From NCBI GenBank assembly GCA_036379555.1, contig DASVGM010000709.1:1-42050 (forward strand): DNA of 42,050 bases, written 5' to 3'. Positions 17,761 through 26,039 of the stretch are shown piece by piece. The translations under genes were made by a program, and so were the position numbers. Source of the stretch: Pirellulales bacterium (lineage in GTDB: Bacteria; Planctomycetota; Planctomycetia; Pirellulales; JAICIG01). Numbering within the stretch: the stretch's first letter is position 1; the number at the start of each line of letters is the position of its first letter. Below the pieces are notes generated by a model, which saw only the letters and a list, made by a program, of their open reading frames with translations, was not told the DNA's origin and did no database searches.

Positions 17761-20700
17761 ATGATCGACCCTCGGCTCAGCCAGCAACTCGAAAAAGTCG
17801 CCATCCGCATCCGCCGGTTGCGATTTTGGCGCGGATTGGCGGCGGTCTGGCTCTTGTCCGCTGGCACCGGCGTGCTGCTGGCGGGCATGGAAAAGAACGC
17901 GGGCTGGCAACTTCCCCAAGCCTCGACCGCCATCTTCACCGTCGCGCTGGCGTTGGCGGCCTATCTCGGCTGGAAGGCCCATAGGTCGTGCCGCGATTAT
18001 CAGGCGGTGGCCGAACGGTTGGAAGCCGGCTATCCCGAATTGCAGTCGTGTCTGCGAACGGCCTTGGAGCAACGGCCCCTGCACGAAGGCTGGCGGTTCA
18101 GCTTCTTGCAAGATCGCGTCATCCGCCAAGCGCTCAACCATGCGTATCGACACAATTGGCCAAGTCTGGTGCCTGGGCGGCGAATCGCGGCCGCCATCAT
18201 GGCTAGCGGCGCGGCGTTTGCCTTGATGCTGTTTGTGCTCGCCGGACTCGATTCGACGGCGGCAACCGCGCGGCGGCCGGCGACATTACAGCCAGAATCG
18301 GCCGCGACCGCCGATGACCTGACTTTCACCGTCGAGCCGGGCGATACCGAAGTCGAACGCGGCTCAAGCTTGCTTGTGTTGGCCCGTTTCCAGGGCCCGC
18401 AACCGACCGGCGCAACGCTTGTCTATGGGGCGCCCCATGCCGAGACCACTGCTGGGCCGATTCGTTTGAACATGGCCAAGAGTCTTGACGATCCGGTGTT
18501 TGGCGAACGTATCGCGGCGGTGGATGGGCCGCTCGATTACCATGTCGAAATGGCTGAAAAGTCGAGCCGGCATTATCACGTTGCCGTCTTTGAGTATCCC
18601 AAGCTGCTACGGGCCGACGCCCGGCTGGTTTATCCCGACTACACCGGCAGCGACGAACGGCTGATTGAAGACGTGCGCACCGTCTCGGCCGTTGAGGGCA
18701 CAGAGCTGACGCTCCTATGCCATCTGAACAAGCCGGTGGCTTCGGCGTCGTTGGCGGAAGCCGATCAGCCGCCGCTCGTTCTCGAGGCGTCGCCAAGCGA
18801 CGAGCGATTGCGGCAAGTGACGTTGAAATGCGTGAAGTCGCGTAAGCTGCGGCTCGATTTGGTCGACGAGCAAGGCCGCAAGAACAAGGCGCGCACGGTG
18901 ATCACGATCAAGGTTTTGCCCAATCAACCGCCCGACTTGAAGCTGGCGTTTCCGGCGCGCGACATCGAGGTTTCTCCCCTGGAAGAGGCCGACATCAAGG
19001 CCACCGCCTGGGACGACTTCGGCCTGCGGCGCTTTGGCTTGACGTATGAGCTTGCCGGCGGCGAACCGGTGGAGGTGGTGCTGGGCGAGAACGCCGCGGC
19101 CAAAAAACGGCAAGAGCTGGCGCACGTCATTAAGCTGGAAGACCTCAAGGCCCAGCCCGATCAGCTTTTGGCGTATCATTTCTGGGCGGAAGATTTCGCC
19201 GCCGACGGTCAGCTCCGCCGCACTCAAAGCGACATGTACTTTGCCGAAGTGCGGCCTTTTGACGAGATCTTTCGCCAAGGGCAGCCACCGCCGGGCGGAG
19301 CGCAGGGGCAGCAGTCTGGCGGAGCGAACGCGCAGGCGGCCGAAAAACTGCTGCAATTGCAGAAAGACATCATCAATGCCACCTGGAAGGTCATACGACG
19401 AGAAGCGGCGGCGGCTTCCGGCAAGCTGCCCGACGATGCGAAATCGATTGGCGACTCACAAACCGCCGCGCAAGAGCAGGCCGAGCAGGCCAAACAAAAA
19501 CTGACCGACGCCAAATCGCAAGCGCACGCCGCTGAGGCGATCGACGCCATGCGAAAAGCCGTCGAACAATTGACGGCGGCCCACGCTGGAAACGCCGCCG
19601 AGCCGTTGCGGCCGGCCTTGGCCGCGGAGCAAGCGGCCTATCAGGCATTGCTCAAGCTCCGTGCCCGCGAGCACAGCGTCGTCCGCGGACAACAGCAAGG
19701 CGGTGGCGGAGGCGGGGCGAATCGCTCGCAGCGGCAGTTGCAAGAACTCGAACTGCGGAATGACGAGAACCGCTACGAGACGCAACGCGCCGCCCAATCG
19801 CAGCCGCCGGAGGAGCGCGAAACGCGGCAAGTGCTCAACCGGCTTAGCGAACTGGCTCGGCGCCAGAACGACCTCAACCAGCGGTTGAAAGAGTTGCAGT
19901 CGGCGCTTGAAGAGGCCGAGACCGAGCCAGAGCGTGAAGAAATTCGCCGGCAATTGAAACGGCTGCGCGAGGAGCAAGAAGACGTCTTGCGCGACACCGA
20001 CGAGCTCAAGTCGCGCATGGACGAGCCGGAAAACCGCGAGCGCATGGCCGACGCCCGCGAGCAACTCGACGAAACCCGCGAAAACGTGCGTCGCGCCGGT
20101 GAAGCCTTGGCGGACGAAAACGTCTCGCGGGCCGCCGCGGCCGGCACGCGGGCCGAACGTGATTTTCAGCAATTGCGAAACGACTTTCGCCGCCGCGCCG
20201 CCGGACAGTTCAGCGATGAAATGCGCCAGATGCGCGACGACGCCCGGCAACTCGACGAGAACGAACGTCAGATTTCGCGGACGTTGGCCGATGAAAACGA
20301 GCGCGGCGGCGAGAAATCGCTGCGCGACGACGGCGCAAGCGAAAAGCTTCCCGACGAACTGGCGCGGCAACGCCAGCGATTGAACGAGTTGCTCGAGCGC
20401 ATGCGCGAGACGATTGACGCCGCGGAAACGCCCGAGCCGCTGTTGGCCGAGCGACTCTATGAGACGGCCCGTAAGTCGCAAGAGCAGAGCATCGAACGCG
20501 TCTTGGAAGCCGCGGAACTCTCCACGCGTCGCGGGCTGGCCGATGATGCCCGCGAGCAAGAAGAGCTGGCGGGCCAAGGAATTCGCAACCTACGCGAGGG
20601 CATTGAACGCGCGGCGGAGAGCGTCTTGGGCGACGAGACCGAGGCTTTGCGTCGGGCACGCGAAGAGTTGAAGCGGCTGACGGACGAAGTGAGCGAAGAG

Positions 20701-21456
20701 CTGGCGCGTAATATGGAGCCGGGGGCTGAGGCGTCAGAGGGTTCGGGGGTCAAAGAGCAGGGTTCAGGGTTCAGGGTTCAGGGTTCAGGGAAAACGGAGT
20801 CCGAACCGCGGGCGAACGCGAGGCAGCGCGACGATAAGGACGCGGCGCGGCCTGAAGATGCGCAAGGTGAGGACCGCGGTGGCCCCCAGGCGGAGCGTGG
20901 GGAGAATTCGCCGGCGGCGGATGCGCAAGCGGGTCGGGGAGAATCGAATCGCGGCCAAAATACACGGGGGCAAAGTCAAGCCGGCGAAACGGGCCGGCAG
21001 CGCGGTGAGAAAAGCGCGCGAGGCCGGGCCAGCGCTCAACGATTGACGGGCGGCGCGAACGATTCATCCGCTTCGGGCGGCAGTGACGAGCGGTTCGATG
21101 TTGGCGCCCGCGGACGAGCGCCGATTGGCGGCGACGATTTCCGCGACTGGTCAGATCGCCTGCGCGACGTGGAAGAGATGATCGACGATCCTGAGTTGAG
21201 TGCCCAGGCGGCGCGCGTTCGTCAGCGCGCCAAGGCGATTCGCGGCGAGTTGAAACGGCACTCGCACGAGCCGAATTGGAAGCTGGTCAAGATCGACGTC
21301 GCCCGGCCGCTCGCTGAATTGCGCGATCGCGTCGCCGCGGAGCTTCTGCGCCGCACCGCGCAAGACGCGCTGGCGCCGCTCGATCGCGATCCGGTGCCGC
21401 CGAAATATCAGGAGAAAACACGGCGTTACTACGAGCGTTTGGGAAGCGGGCGATGA
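17761..21456 (+). CDS. 1231-aa membrane-anchored protein: 3 N-terminal TM helices, beta-rich repeat region, Gln/Gly low-complexity stretches and a ~550-aa Glu/Arg-rich helical region (DUF4175/TIGR02302-like architecture)
   Basis: TM segments are 'GLAAVWLLSAGTGVLLAGM', 'IFTVALALAAYLGW' and 'AAIMASGAAFALMLFVLAGL'. The 'ATAWDDFGLRRFGLTY' type beta region is followed by 'QGQPPPGGAQGQQSGGANAQ' and 'QQQGGGGGGANRSQ'. A long E/R/Q-rich helix-type sequence comes next. The ATG lies 10 nt after the pgsA stop. The family call is tentative. Confidence 0.7.
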   Translation: MIDPRLSQQLEKVAIRIRRLRFWRGLAAVWLLSAGTGVLLAGMEKNAGWQLPQASTAIFTVALALAAYLGWKAHRSCRDYQAVAERLEAGYPELQSCLRTALEQRPLHEGWRFSFLQDRVIRQALNHAYRHNWPSLVPGRRIAAAIMASGAAFALMLFVLAGLDSTAATARRPATLQPESAATADDLTFTVEPGDTEVERGSSLLVLARFQGPQPTGATLVYGAPHAETTAGPIRLNMAKSLDDPVFGERIAAVDGPLDYHVEMAEKSSRHYHVAVFEYPKLLRADARLVYPDYTGSDERLIEDVRTVSAVEGTELTLLCHLNKPVASASLAEADQPPLVLEASPSDERLRQVTLKCVKSRKLRLDLVDEQGRKNKARTVITIKVLPNQPPDLKLAFPARDIEVSPLEEADIKATAWDDFGLRRFGLTYELAGGEPVEVVLGENAAAKKRQELAHVIKLEDLKAQPDQLLAYHFWAEDFAADGQLRRTQSDMYFAEVRPFDEIFRQGQPPPGGAQGQQSGGANAQAAEKLLQLQKDIINATWKVIRREAAAASGKLPDDAKSIGDSQTAAQEQAEQAKQKLTDAKSQAHAAEAIDAMRKAVEQLTAAHAGNAAEPLRPALAAEQAAYQALLKLRAREHSVVRGQQQGGGGGGANRSQRQLQELELRNDENRYETQRAAQSQPPEERETRQVLNRLSELARRQNDLNQRLKELQSALEEAETEPEREEIRRQLKRLREEQEDVLRDTDELKSRMDEPENRERMADAREQLDETRENVRRAGEALADENVSRAAAAGTRAERDFQQLRNDFRRRAAGQFSDEMRQMRDDARQLDENERQISRTLADENERGGEKSLRDDGASEKLPDELARQRQRLNELLERMRETIDAAETPEPLLAERLYETARKSQEQSIERVLEAAELSTRRGLADDAREQEELAGQGIRNLREGIERAAESVLGDETEALRRAREELKRLTDEVSEELARNMEPGAEASEGSGVKEQGSGFRVQGSGKTESEPRANARQRDDKDAARPEDAQGEDRGGPQAERGENSPAADAQAGRGESNRGQNTRGQSQAGETGRQRGEKSARGRASAQRLTGGANDSSASGGSDERFDVGARGRAPIGGDDFRDWSDRLRDVEEMIDDPELSAQAARVRQRAKAIRGELKRHSHEPNWKLVKIDVARPLAELRDRVAAELLRRTAQDALAPLDRDPVPPKYQEKTRRYYERLGSGR
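20760..20790 (+). repeat. Heptanucleotide tandem repeat (GGGTTCA)x4 plus GGG inside the CDS, giving five G3 tracts with 4-nt loops
   Basis: GGGTTCAGGGTTCAGGGTTCAGGGTTCAGGG is read directly at 20760-20790. A related stretch, GGGTTCGGGGG, lies at 20739-20749. Confidence 0.9.
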
Positions 21457-21631
21457 TCGCCGCCCGTCGCGCGACCGCGCGGCGGCGCGCTTGAGCGAGC
21501 CCGCTGCGCGACTGGGCTGCGCCGGTCGCTTGCGCCTGCATCGCGGTGAAATGACAAGTTCCCTTCCGAGAAAGGGATTGCTGTGTCACAATCGGTTTTG
21601 GCAGACCTTTTTCGCAGGTATTAAAAACACT

Positions 21632-22648
21632 ATGTCGTCCGAGCTCGATCCGTTTGCAGCCGAACAGCGCGTTGTCGAACAAATACTGCTGAGCCGCCGC
21701 CGCATTGACGCGGAACTGGCGAAAGTCATCGTCGGACAAAAAAATGTCATCGAACAGCTTTTAATCAGCTTGTTCGCCGGCGGGCACTGCCTGATTACCG
21801 GCGCGCCCGGACTGGCGAAAACGCTCTTGGTGCGGTCGATCGCGCAAATCTTTCACCTCAAGTTTCAACGCATTCAGTTCACGCCCGATCTAATGCCGGC
21901 GGACATCACCGGCACGGAAATTCTCGAACAAACCGCCGAGGGGCACCGCCGCATGCAGTTTGTCAAAGGCCCGATCTTCGCCAACGTCATCTTGGCGGAC
22001 GAGATCAATCGCACGCCGCCCAAAACGCAAGCCGCGCTGCTGGAGGCGATGCAAGAACACCAGGTGACCGTGGGCGGCGTGCGCTATGCGTTTGAGGAAC
22101 CGTTCTTTGTGCTGGCCACGCAAAACCCGATTGAAATGGAAGGCACCTATCCCCTGCCGGAGGCGCAGCTCGACCGCTTTATGTTCAACGTCGAGATCGA
22201 TTACCTGCCGGAAGACGACGAGGTGGAAGTGGTCAAACAAACGACTTCGCGCCGGGCGGAGCCGATCGAACCGCTCTATACCGCCGCCGACGTGCGAAAC
22301 TTCCATGACGTGGTGCGCCGCGTGCCGGTGGCCGAGGCTTTGGTGCGCTATGCCGTGCGGTTGGCGGCCGCCAGCCGGCCGGGCCAGCCCGGCTCGCCGG
22401 ACTTTATCAACGATTGGGTAAGTTGGGGCGCCGGCACGCGCGCCGCGCAGTTCCTGGTGCTCGGCGCCAAGGTGCGCGCCCTGTTTGAAGGCCGCGCCCA
22501 CGTGACCGTCGGCGATTTGCGGGCCTTGGTGCATGCCACGTTGCGCCACCGCGTTCTCGTCGGCTACCGCGCGGAAGCCGAAGGCGTCTCCGTCGATCAG
22601 GTGATCGATCGCCTGCTGGAGGCGGTGCCCGCTCCGAGCGGCGGCTGA
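21632..22648 (+). CDS. MoxR-family AAA+ ATPase
   Basis: 'VIVGQKNVIEQLLISLFAGGHCLITGAPGLAKT' (Walker A), 'ILADEINRTPPKTQAALLEAMQE' (Walker B/sensor) and 'VLATQNPIEMEGTYPLPEAQLDRF'. The start at 21632 gives ~338 aa, typical for the family. There is no clear SD. Confidence 0.9.
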   Translation: MSSELDPFAAEQRVVEQILLSRRRIDAELAKVIVGQKNVIEQLLISLFAGGHCLITGAPGLAKTLLVRSIAQIFHLKFQRIQFTPDLMPADITGTEILEQTAEGHRRMQFVKGPIFANVILADEINRTPPKTQAALLEAMQEHQVTVGGVRYAFEEPFFVLATQNPIEMEGTYPLPEAQLDRFMFNVEIDYLPEDDEVEVVKQTTSRRAEPIEPLYTAADVRNFHDVVRRVPVAEALVRYAVRLAAASRPGQPGSPDFINDWVSWGAGTRAAQFLVLGAKVRALFEGRAHVTVGDLRALVHATLRHRVLVGYRAEAEGVSVDQVIDRLLEAVPAPSGG

Positions 22649-22675
22649 TGCTTTGCTTTGCCCGGATTCTTCAGC

Positions 22676-22753
22676 GGCCCGTAGCCGACTTCGTGAGAAG
22701 TCGGGTCGCGACGCCAAGTCGCGGCCAGAATTCTCACGAATTCCGCTACGCAG
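22676..22753. repeat. Composite three-hairpin repeat, copy A
   Basis: H1 is CCGACTTC-GTGA-GAAGTCGG, H2 is CGCGAC-GCCAA-GTCGCG and H3 is GAATTC-TCAC-GAATTC. It sits between the convergent moxR and nucleoside hydrolase genes. Confidence 0.85.
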
Positions 22754-22791
22754 TGTGCGCTGCCTCGACCAGGTCCGGTGAATAAGCCGGC

Positions 22792-23736
22792 TTAGGCATT
22801 TCGATGCGGCGTTTGCGTCAGGCCGCGAATGATGGCCGCCACGACGCCGGCGCTGTCGACGGAGGTGGCCACGTCGAGATTCGGCCGCCATTGCGGGGCG
22901 GGCCGCCGATCAAAAACCGTCGCGCCCATCGTGATTTCGCCTTGCACTTCCACGTCGCCGGCCATGCGCTCCGTCTGGAACAAGGCCGGCTCCAGCAAGG
23001 CCATCAGCGCCACCGGATCGTGCAGGAACATGCCTTCCAGCCCAAAGTGTTGGCGGTGCGCGCGGAACGAATAGGGCAAAATCCGCCGCAACAGGCTGCC
23101 GATCGGAGTCGATTCGTCGGGAAGCTGATCGAGCAAGTCAAAGTTCATTACCACCTGGCTGGTGATGTCGAGCGGAATCAATGTTTTGGTGGTTTTTGAG
23201 CGCAGGACGTTGCGCGCGGCGGCCGGATCGCAATAGATGTTGAATTCCGCGGCCGGTGTGATATTGCCTGGCCCGCCGCAGGCGCCGCCCATGATGACGA
23301 GTTGGCCCACCTGTTCGGCCAGCAACGGATCGCGGCGAAAGACCGTGGCGATATTGGTGAGCGGCCCCAACGCCACAATGGTCACGGCGTCGGGCGCTTG
23401 GCGAATCTCATCGGCGATGACTTTGTCGGCGGGATGCAGGTGATGCAATTCCGCCACCGGAAAATTGCTGTTTCCCAGGCCATCGGCGCCGAAAACATGC
23501 CGCGAATCAACCAGTGGGTCGCGTTCGGGCCGCATCGCCGCGCCGATGCGCGGCAAACGAGGCGGATCGAGCCGCTCAATGATGGCCTGCACGTTGCGAG
23601 TGGCCTGTTCGGCCGGCACGTTGCCCGCGACCGCCGTAATGGCCACCACTTCCAACCGCGGATCGAACAAGGCCAAGGCGATCGCGACGGCATCGTCGAT
23701 GCCAGGATCGACGTCGAGTATCACTTTTCGGGCCAT
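22792..23736 (-). CDS. Inosine/uridine-preferring nucleoside hydrolase family protein
   Basis: The N-terminal fingerprint 'ILDVDPGIDDAVAIALAL' (DxDxxxDD) is present. 'ITAVAGNV', 'VALGPLTNIA' and 'LHDPVAL' are typical IU_nuc_hydro blocks. Confidence 0.9.
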   Translation of the reverse strand: MARKVILDVDPGIDDAVAIALALFDPRLEVVAITAVAGNVPAEQATRNVQAIIERLDPPRLPRIGAAMRPERDPLVDSRHVFGADGLGNSNFPVAELHHLHPADKVIADEIRQAPDAVTIVALGPLTNIATVFRRDPLLAEQVGQLVIMGGACGGPGNITPAAEFNIYCDPAAARNVLRSKTTKTLIPLDITSQVVMNFDLLDQLPDESTPIGSLLRRILPYSFRAHRQHFGLEGMFLHDPVALMALLEPALFQTERMAGDVEVQGEITMGATVFDRRPAPQWRPNLDVATSVDSAGVVAAIIRGLTQTPHRNA

Positions 23737-23850
23737 AGATTTCGCTTATAACCTTCAGGGAGGCAATCGGCTAGCTTCAATGCGCGATTTTAGGCCGCGG
23801 CTCGAAACGGAACAAGAGGAGGGGGCGAAGATGCCACTGGGCAGGCGACT

Positions 23851-23886
23851 ATCTTGGAGTGCGGCGATTCGTCGCCGCTTTCATCC
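23851..23886. repeat. TCTTGGAGTGCGG-hairpin repeat (SGDxSPHSK-type element), copy 1
   Basis: ATCTTGGAGTGCGGCGATTCGTCGCCGCTTTCATCC, with a 7-bp stem GCGGCGA/TCGCCGC and a TTCG loop. Confidence 0.8.
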
Positions 23887-23975
23887 GTCGCGGAGCGACC
23901 TTCTCGTCAACGGCTAGGGTGGATGGTGCGTTCCAGCCCGAATTACCCAACCGGCCTCGGTATGGGCGGCCCACC

Positions 23976-24053
23976 CTGCGACGCAGAATTCGTAAGAATT
24001 CTGGCCGTAACCTGCTGCAACGCCCCGACTTCTCACGAAGTCGGCTACGGGCC
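23976..24053. repeat. Composite hairpin repeat, copy B (inverted relative to copy A)
   Basis: The reverse complement begins GGCCCGTAGCCGACTTCGTGAGAAGTCGGG, identical over 30 nt to 22676-22705. It ends GGCCAGAATTCTTACGAATTC, against GGCCAGAATTCTCACGAATTC in copy A. The middle segment differs. Confidence 0.85.
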
Positions 24054-24195
24054 GGTGGGCAATGCGGGGTAGGGAACAACGGCCGCCGTGCCGTTCCGGC
24101 GGCGGCCGACGGTCTCATTCCTGACCATGTGCGGGATTTTCTGATGCCGTCAATTCAATTTCTCTTTTGCAATTCAAACGTAACCGGCTGCGGTT

Positions 24196-24232
24196 ATCTT
24201 GGAGTGCGGTGATGAATCACCGCGCTTTAGAT
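24196..24232. repeat. TCTTGGAGTGCGG-hairpin repeat, copy 2
   Basis: ATCTTGGAGTGCGGTGATGAATCACCGCGCTTTAGAT, with stem GCGGTGA/TCACCGC. It overlaps the stop codon of the C25-like gene. A partial third copy, TCTTGGAGTGCG, lies at 3810-3821. Confidence 0.8.
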
Positions 24233-25818
24233 AGGTGATCGCCGGCGATTCGCACGTTCGTGAAACCGGCGGCGAACTGCTCGCGGCCCTGCACAAACAC
24301 ACGTACATGACAAGCGCCCGCCGCATGCTCCGGCACGAGAAGCTGCGTCTGAAATCGGCCGCCGACAATGCTGGCCCGCACGGCCGCCAGCCGCGTCTCG
24401 TTCGCGGCCGTGTAGGTCCGCTGGTACTCTTCATCGCTTTCGGGCGAAGGCCAATAGTCGTCACGGGCCTGTGGTTTGAAGGTCAGCCGGTCGCGGCGCA
24501 CCACCAACTCCACCGACGCGATACCTTCGACCGCGCTCGCGCCCGACACCAGCAGTCGCTCGCCCGGATGGGCTGTGTCGGCCGCTTGCACCGTTACCGT
24601 TTCAGGGTGCGTGAGTGAGAGCAGCGGGTCGCCGAGCAGGTTAAACAAGTGAACGTGTTCCAGCCGCTCGGCGGCAAGCTCGTCGGCCGCTGGGCTTAAC
24701 AGTGCGGCGAGCGCGTCAAGCTGCTTGCCGCGCGGATCGTCGCGGGCGTCGAGCACCATGCCGCGTTTGGCATGGAGCAGCATCTCGCCGACTGTGGCCC
24801 GGCGCTCGGCAAAATATTGCTTGAGCAGTTCCACCCCCAACACGCTCATGGCATAAGGCATGGTCACGCGCGAGCCGCCGATGGCGGCCACCGGGCCGTG
24901 CGCGGCCCGGATCAATTCTTCGGCCAGGCAGTCGCCGCGCGCGTCGTAAGCCGCCGTGTAACAAGCGAGAAACAGCGCGATCGGCGGGCCGCGGCGCATT
25001 TGCAGCCGGCCGATGTCGTTGACCTGCAAAATCGAACATTCACCGCCGGCCGCGTGCAAGCGGTCAAGCTCGCGCGACTGCCCGTGGCCCATGTAAACCC
25101 AAAACAAACAGCCTTCGTTCATGCGTCCGACGACGGTCTCGCCGAAGTGATCGGGCGCCGGGCAATAGGGGCTTGTCAAGCTAGCGTGGGTGAAGGTCGT
25201 GACGTAATCGGCCGGAATGCCTTCGGCCAAAATCGACTTGGCGGCGGTTTCAATGGCCTTGTCCACCAGCGCGCCAAAGCCGCCGACGCCGGCGATCAGA
25301 TTCACGTGGCGACGCCATTCGTCGTCGTGCGGCGGGCCGCGGCGCCGGCTGTTTTCGTAGGCGATGGTTTTGGCCACGATCATGGCAAGCTGACTGGTGG
25401 AGTCGGCGCTCAAGCGGCCCACGGCCGCGTCGGGCAGGTCGTCATCGTCAAAATCGGCGTACCAGTTGTCGGTGGCGATTTCCGGCTCCGATCCAAAACG
25501 CACGGCGACTTTGGCTGGAACGTAGTGCGTGGGCACGCTATAGCCGCGGCGCGAGTGATCGCTGGGCGGCAGCTTGTCGGCATCGCCGGCCAAGACGATG
25601 AACCGCAGTTTGCCCGACTTGGCCACTTCGCGTATTTGCCGGCGAATCTCTTCTGGGGCCAGCGTGCCATTGATCGACGCGATGCGGTGCCCCTCAGCTC
25701 GGCGGAAATCGCTCCACGGTTTCATAACCGCCTGAAACACCGGCGGGCAGACCAACACCGTATCAACCGCCTGCACGGGCGCCGTCAACAAGCCGAGCAG
25801 AAGCAAGGAAAGCTGCAA
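24217..25818 (-). CDS. Secreted peptidase C25 (gingipain-like, clan CD) family protein
   Basis: Signal peptide 'MQLSLLLLGLLTAPVQA'. 'FIVLAGDADKLP...ATDNWYADFDDDDLPDAAVGRL' resembles the C25 N-terminal block. The putative catalytic dyad lies in 'VYMGHGQS' (His) and 'PIALFLACYTAAYD' (Cys), about 40 residues apart as in gingipains. Confidence 0.6.
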   Translation of the reverse strand: MQLSLLLLGLLTAPVQAVDTVLVCPPVFQAVMKPWSDFRRAEGHRIASINGTLAPEEIRRQIREVAKSGKLRFIVLAGDADKLPPSDHSRRGYSVPTHYVPAKVAVRFGSEPEIATDNWYADFDDDDLPDAAVGRLSADSTSQLAMIVAKTIAYENSRRRGPPHDDEWRRHVNLIAGVGGFGALVDKAIETAAKSILAEGIPADYVTTFTHASLTSPYCPAPDHFGETVVGRMNEGCLFWVYMGHGQSRELDRLHAAGGECSILQVNDIGRLQMRRGPPIALFLACYTAAYDARGDCLAEELIRAAHGPVAAIGGSRVTMPYAMSVLGVELLKQYFAERRATVGEMLLHAKRGMVLDARDDPRGKQLDALAALLSPAADELAAERLEHVHLFNLLGDPLLSLTHPETVTVQAADTAHPGERLLVSGASAVEGIASVELVVRRDRLTFKPQARDDYWPSPESDEEYQRTYTAANETRLAAVRASIVGGRFQTQLLVPEHAAGACHVRVFVQGREQFAAGFTNVRIAGDHLSKAR

Positions 25819-26039
25819 GGGAAGACCCTTTCAAAAAAAGCTGTGTTGTCCAAGGGAACTGTACAGTCGAGACGGCGCGCCGGGCAAGGGCAAAGTCGAA
25901 CGAAGTTCCGATAAAACCACGAATACCCCAGCGCGGCCTACGACCGCAACCAAGGTGAGCTTGTGGCGGGCCTGATAAAGTGCAACAGATCAAGCACCTC
26001 ACGCATGGAGATCTCAGAGCGAAGTCGCTCGAAATCGAG

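Noticed and set aside
21570-21631. Sigma54- or sigma70-type promoter upstream of moxR (TTGGCAGACCTTTTTCGCA ... TATTAA).
   Set aside because: The GG-to-GC spacing is 14 nt rather than the 12 nt of the -24/-12 consensus. The sigma70 reading has a 15-nt spacer and would leave almost no leader. The evidence is too weak to annotate.
22718-24005. Paired EcoRI sites (GAATTC-N4-GAATTC) as a sign of a restriction-modification context.
   Set aside because: They are the stems of the repeat-family hairpins. No methyltransferase or endonuclease gene is present in the window.
21632-25818. MoxR plus a caspase-like (clan CD) peptidase as a vWA-MoxR conflict-system type module.
   Set aside because: No vWA protein is present. 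The peptidase has a signal peptide, lies on the opposite strand, and is separated from moxR by a housekeeping-type hydrolase and repeat elements.
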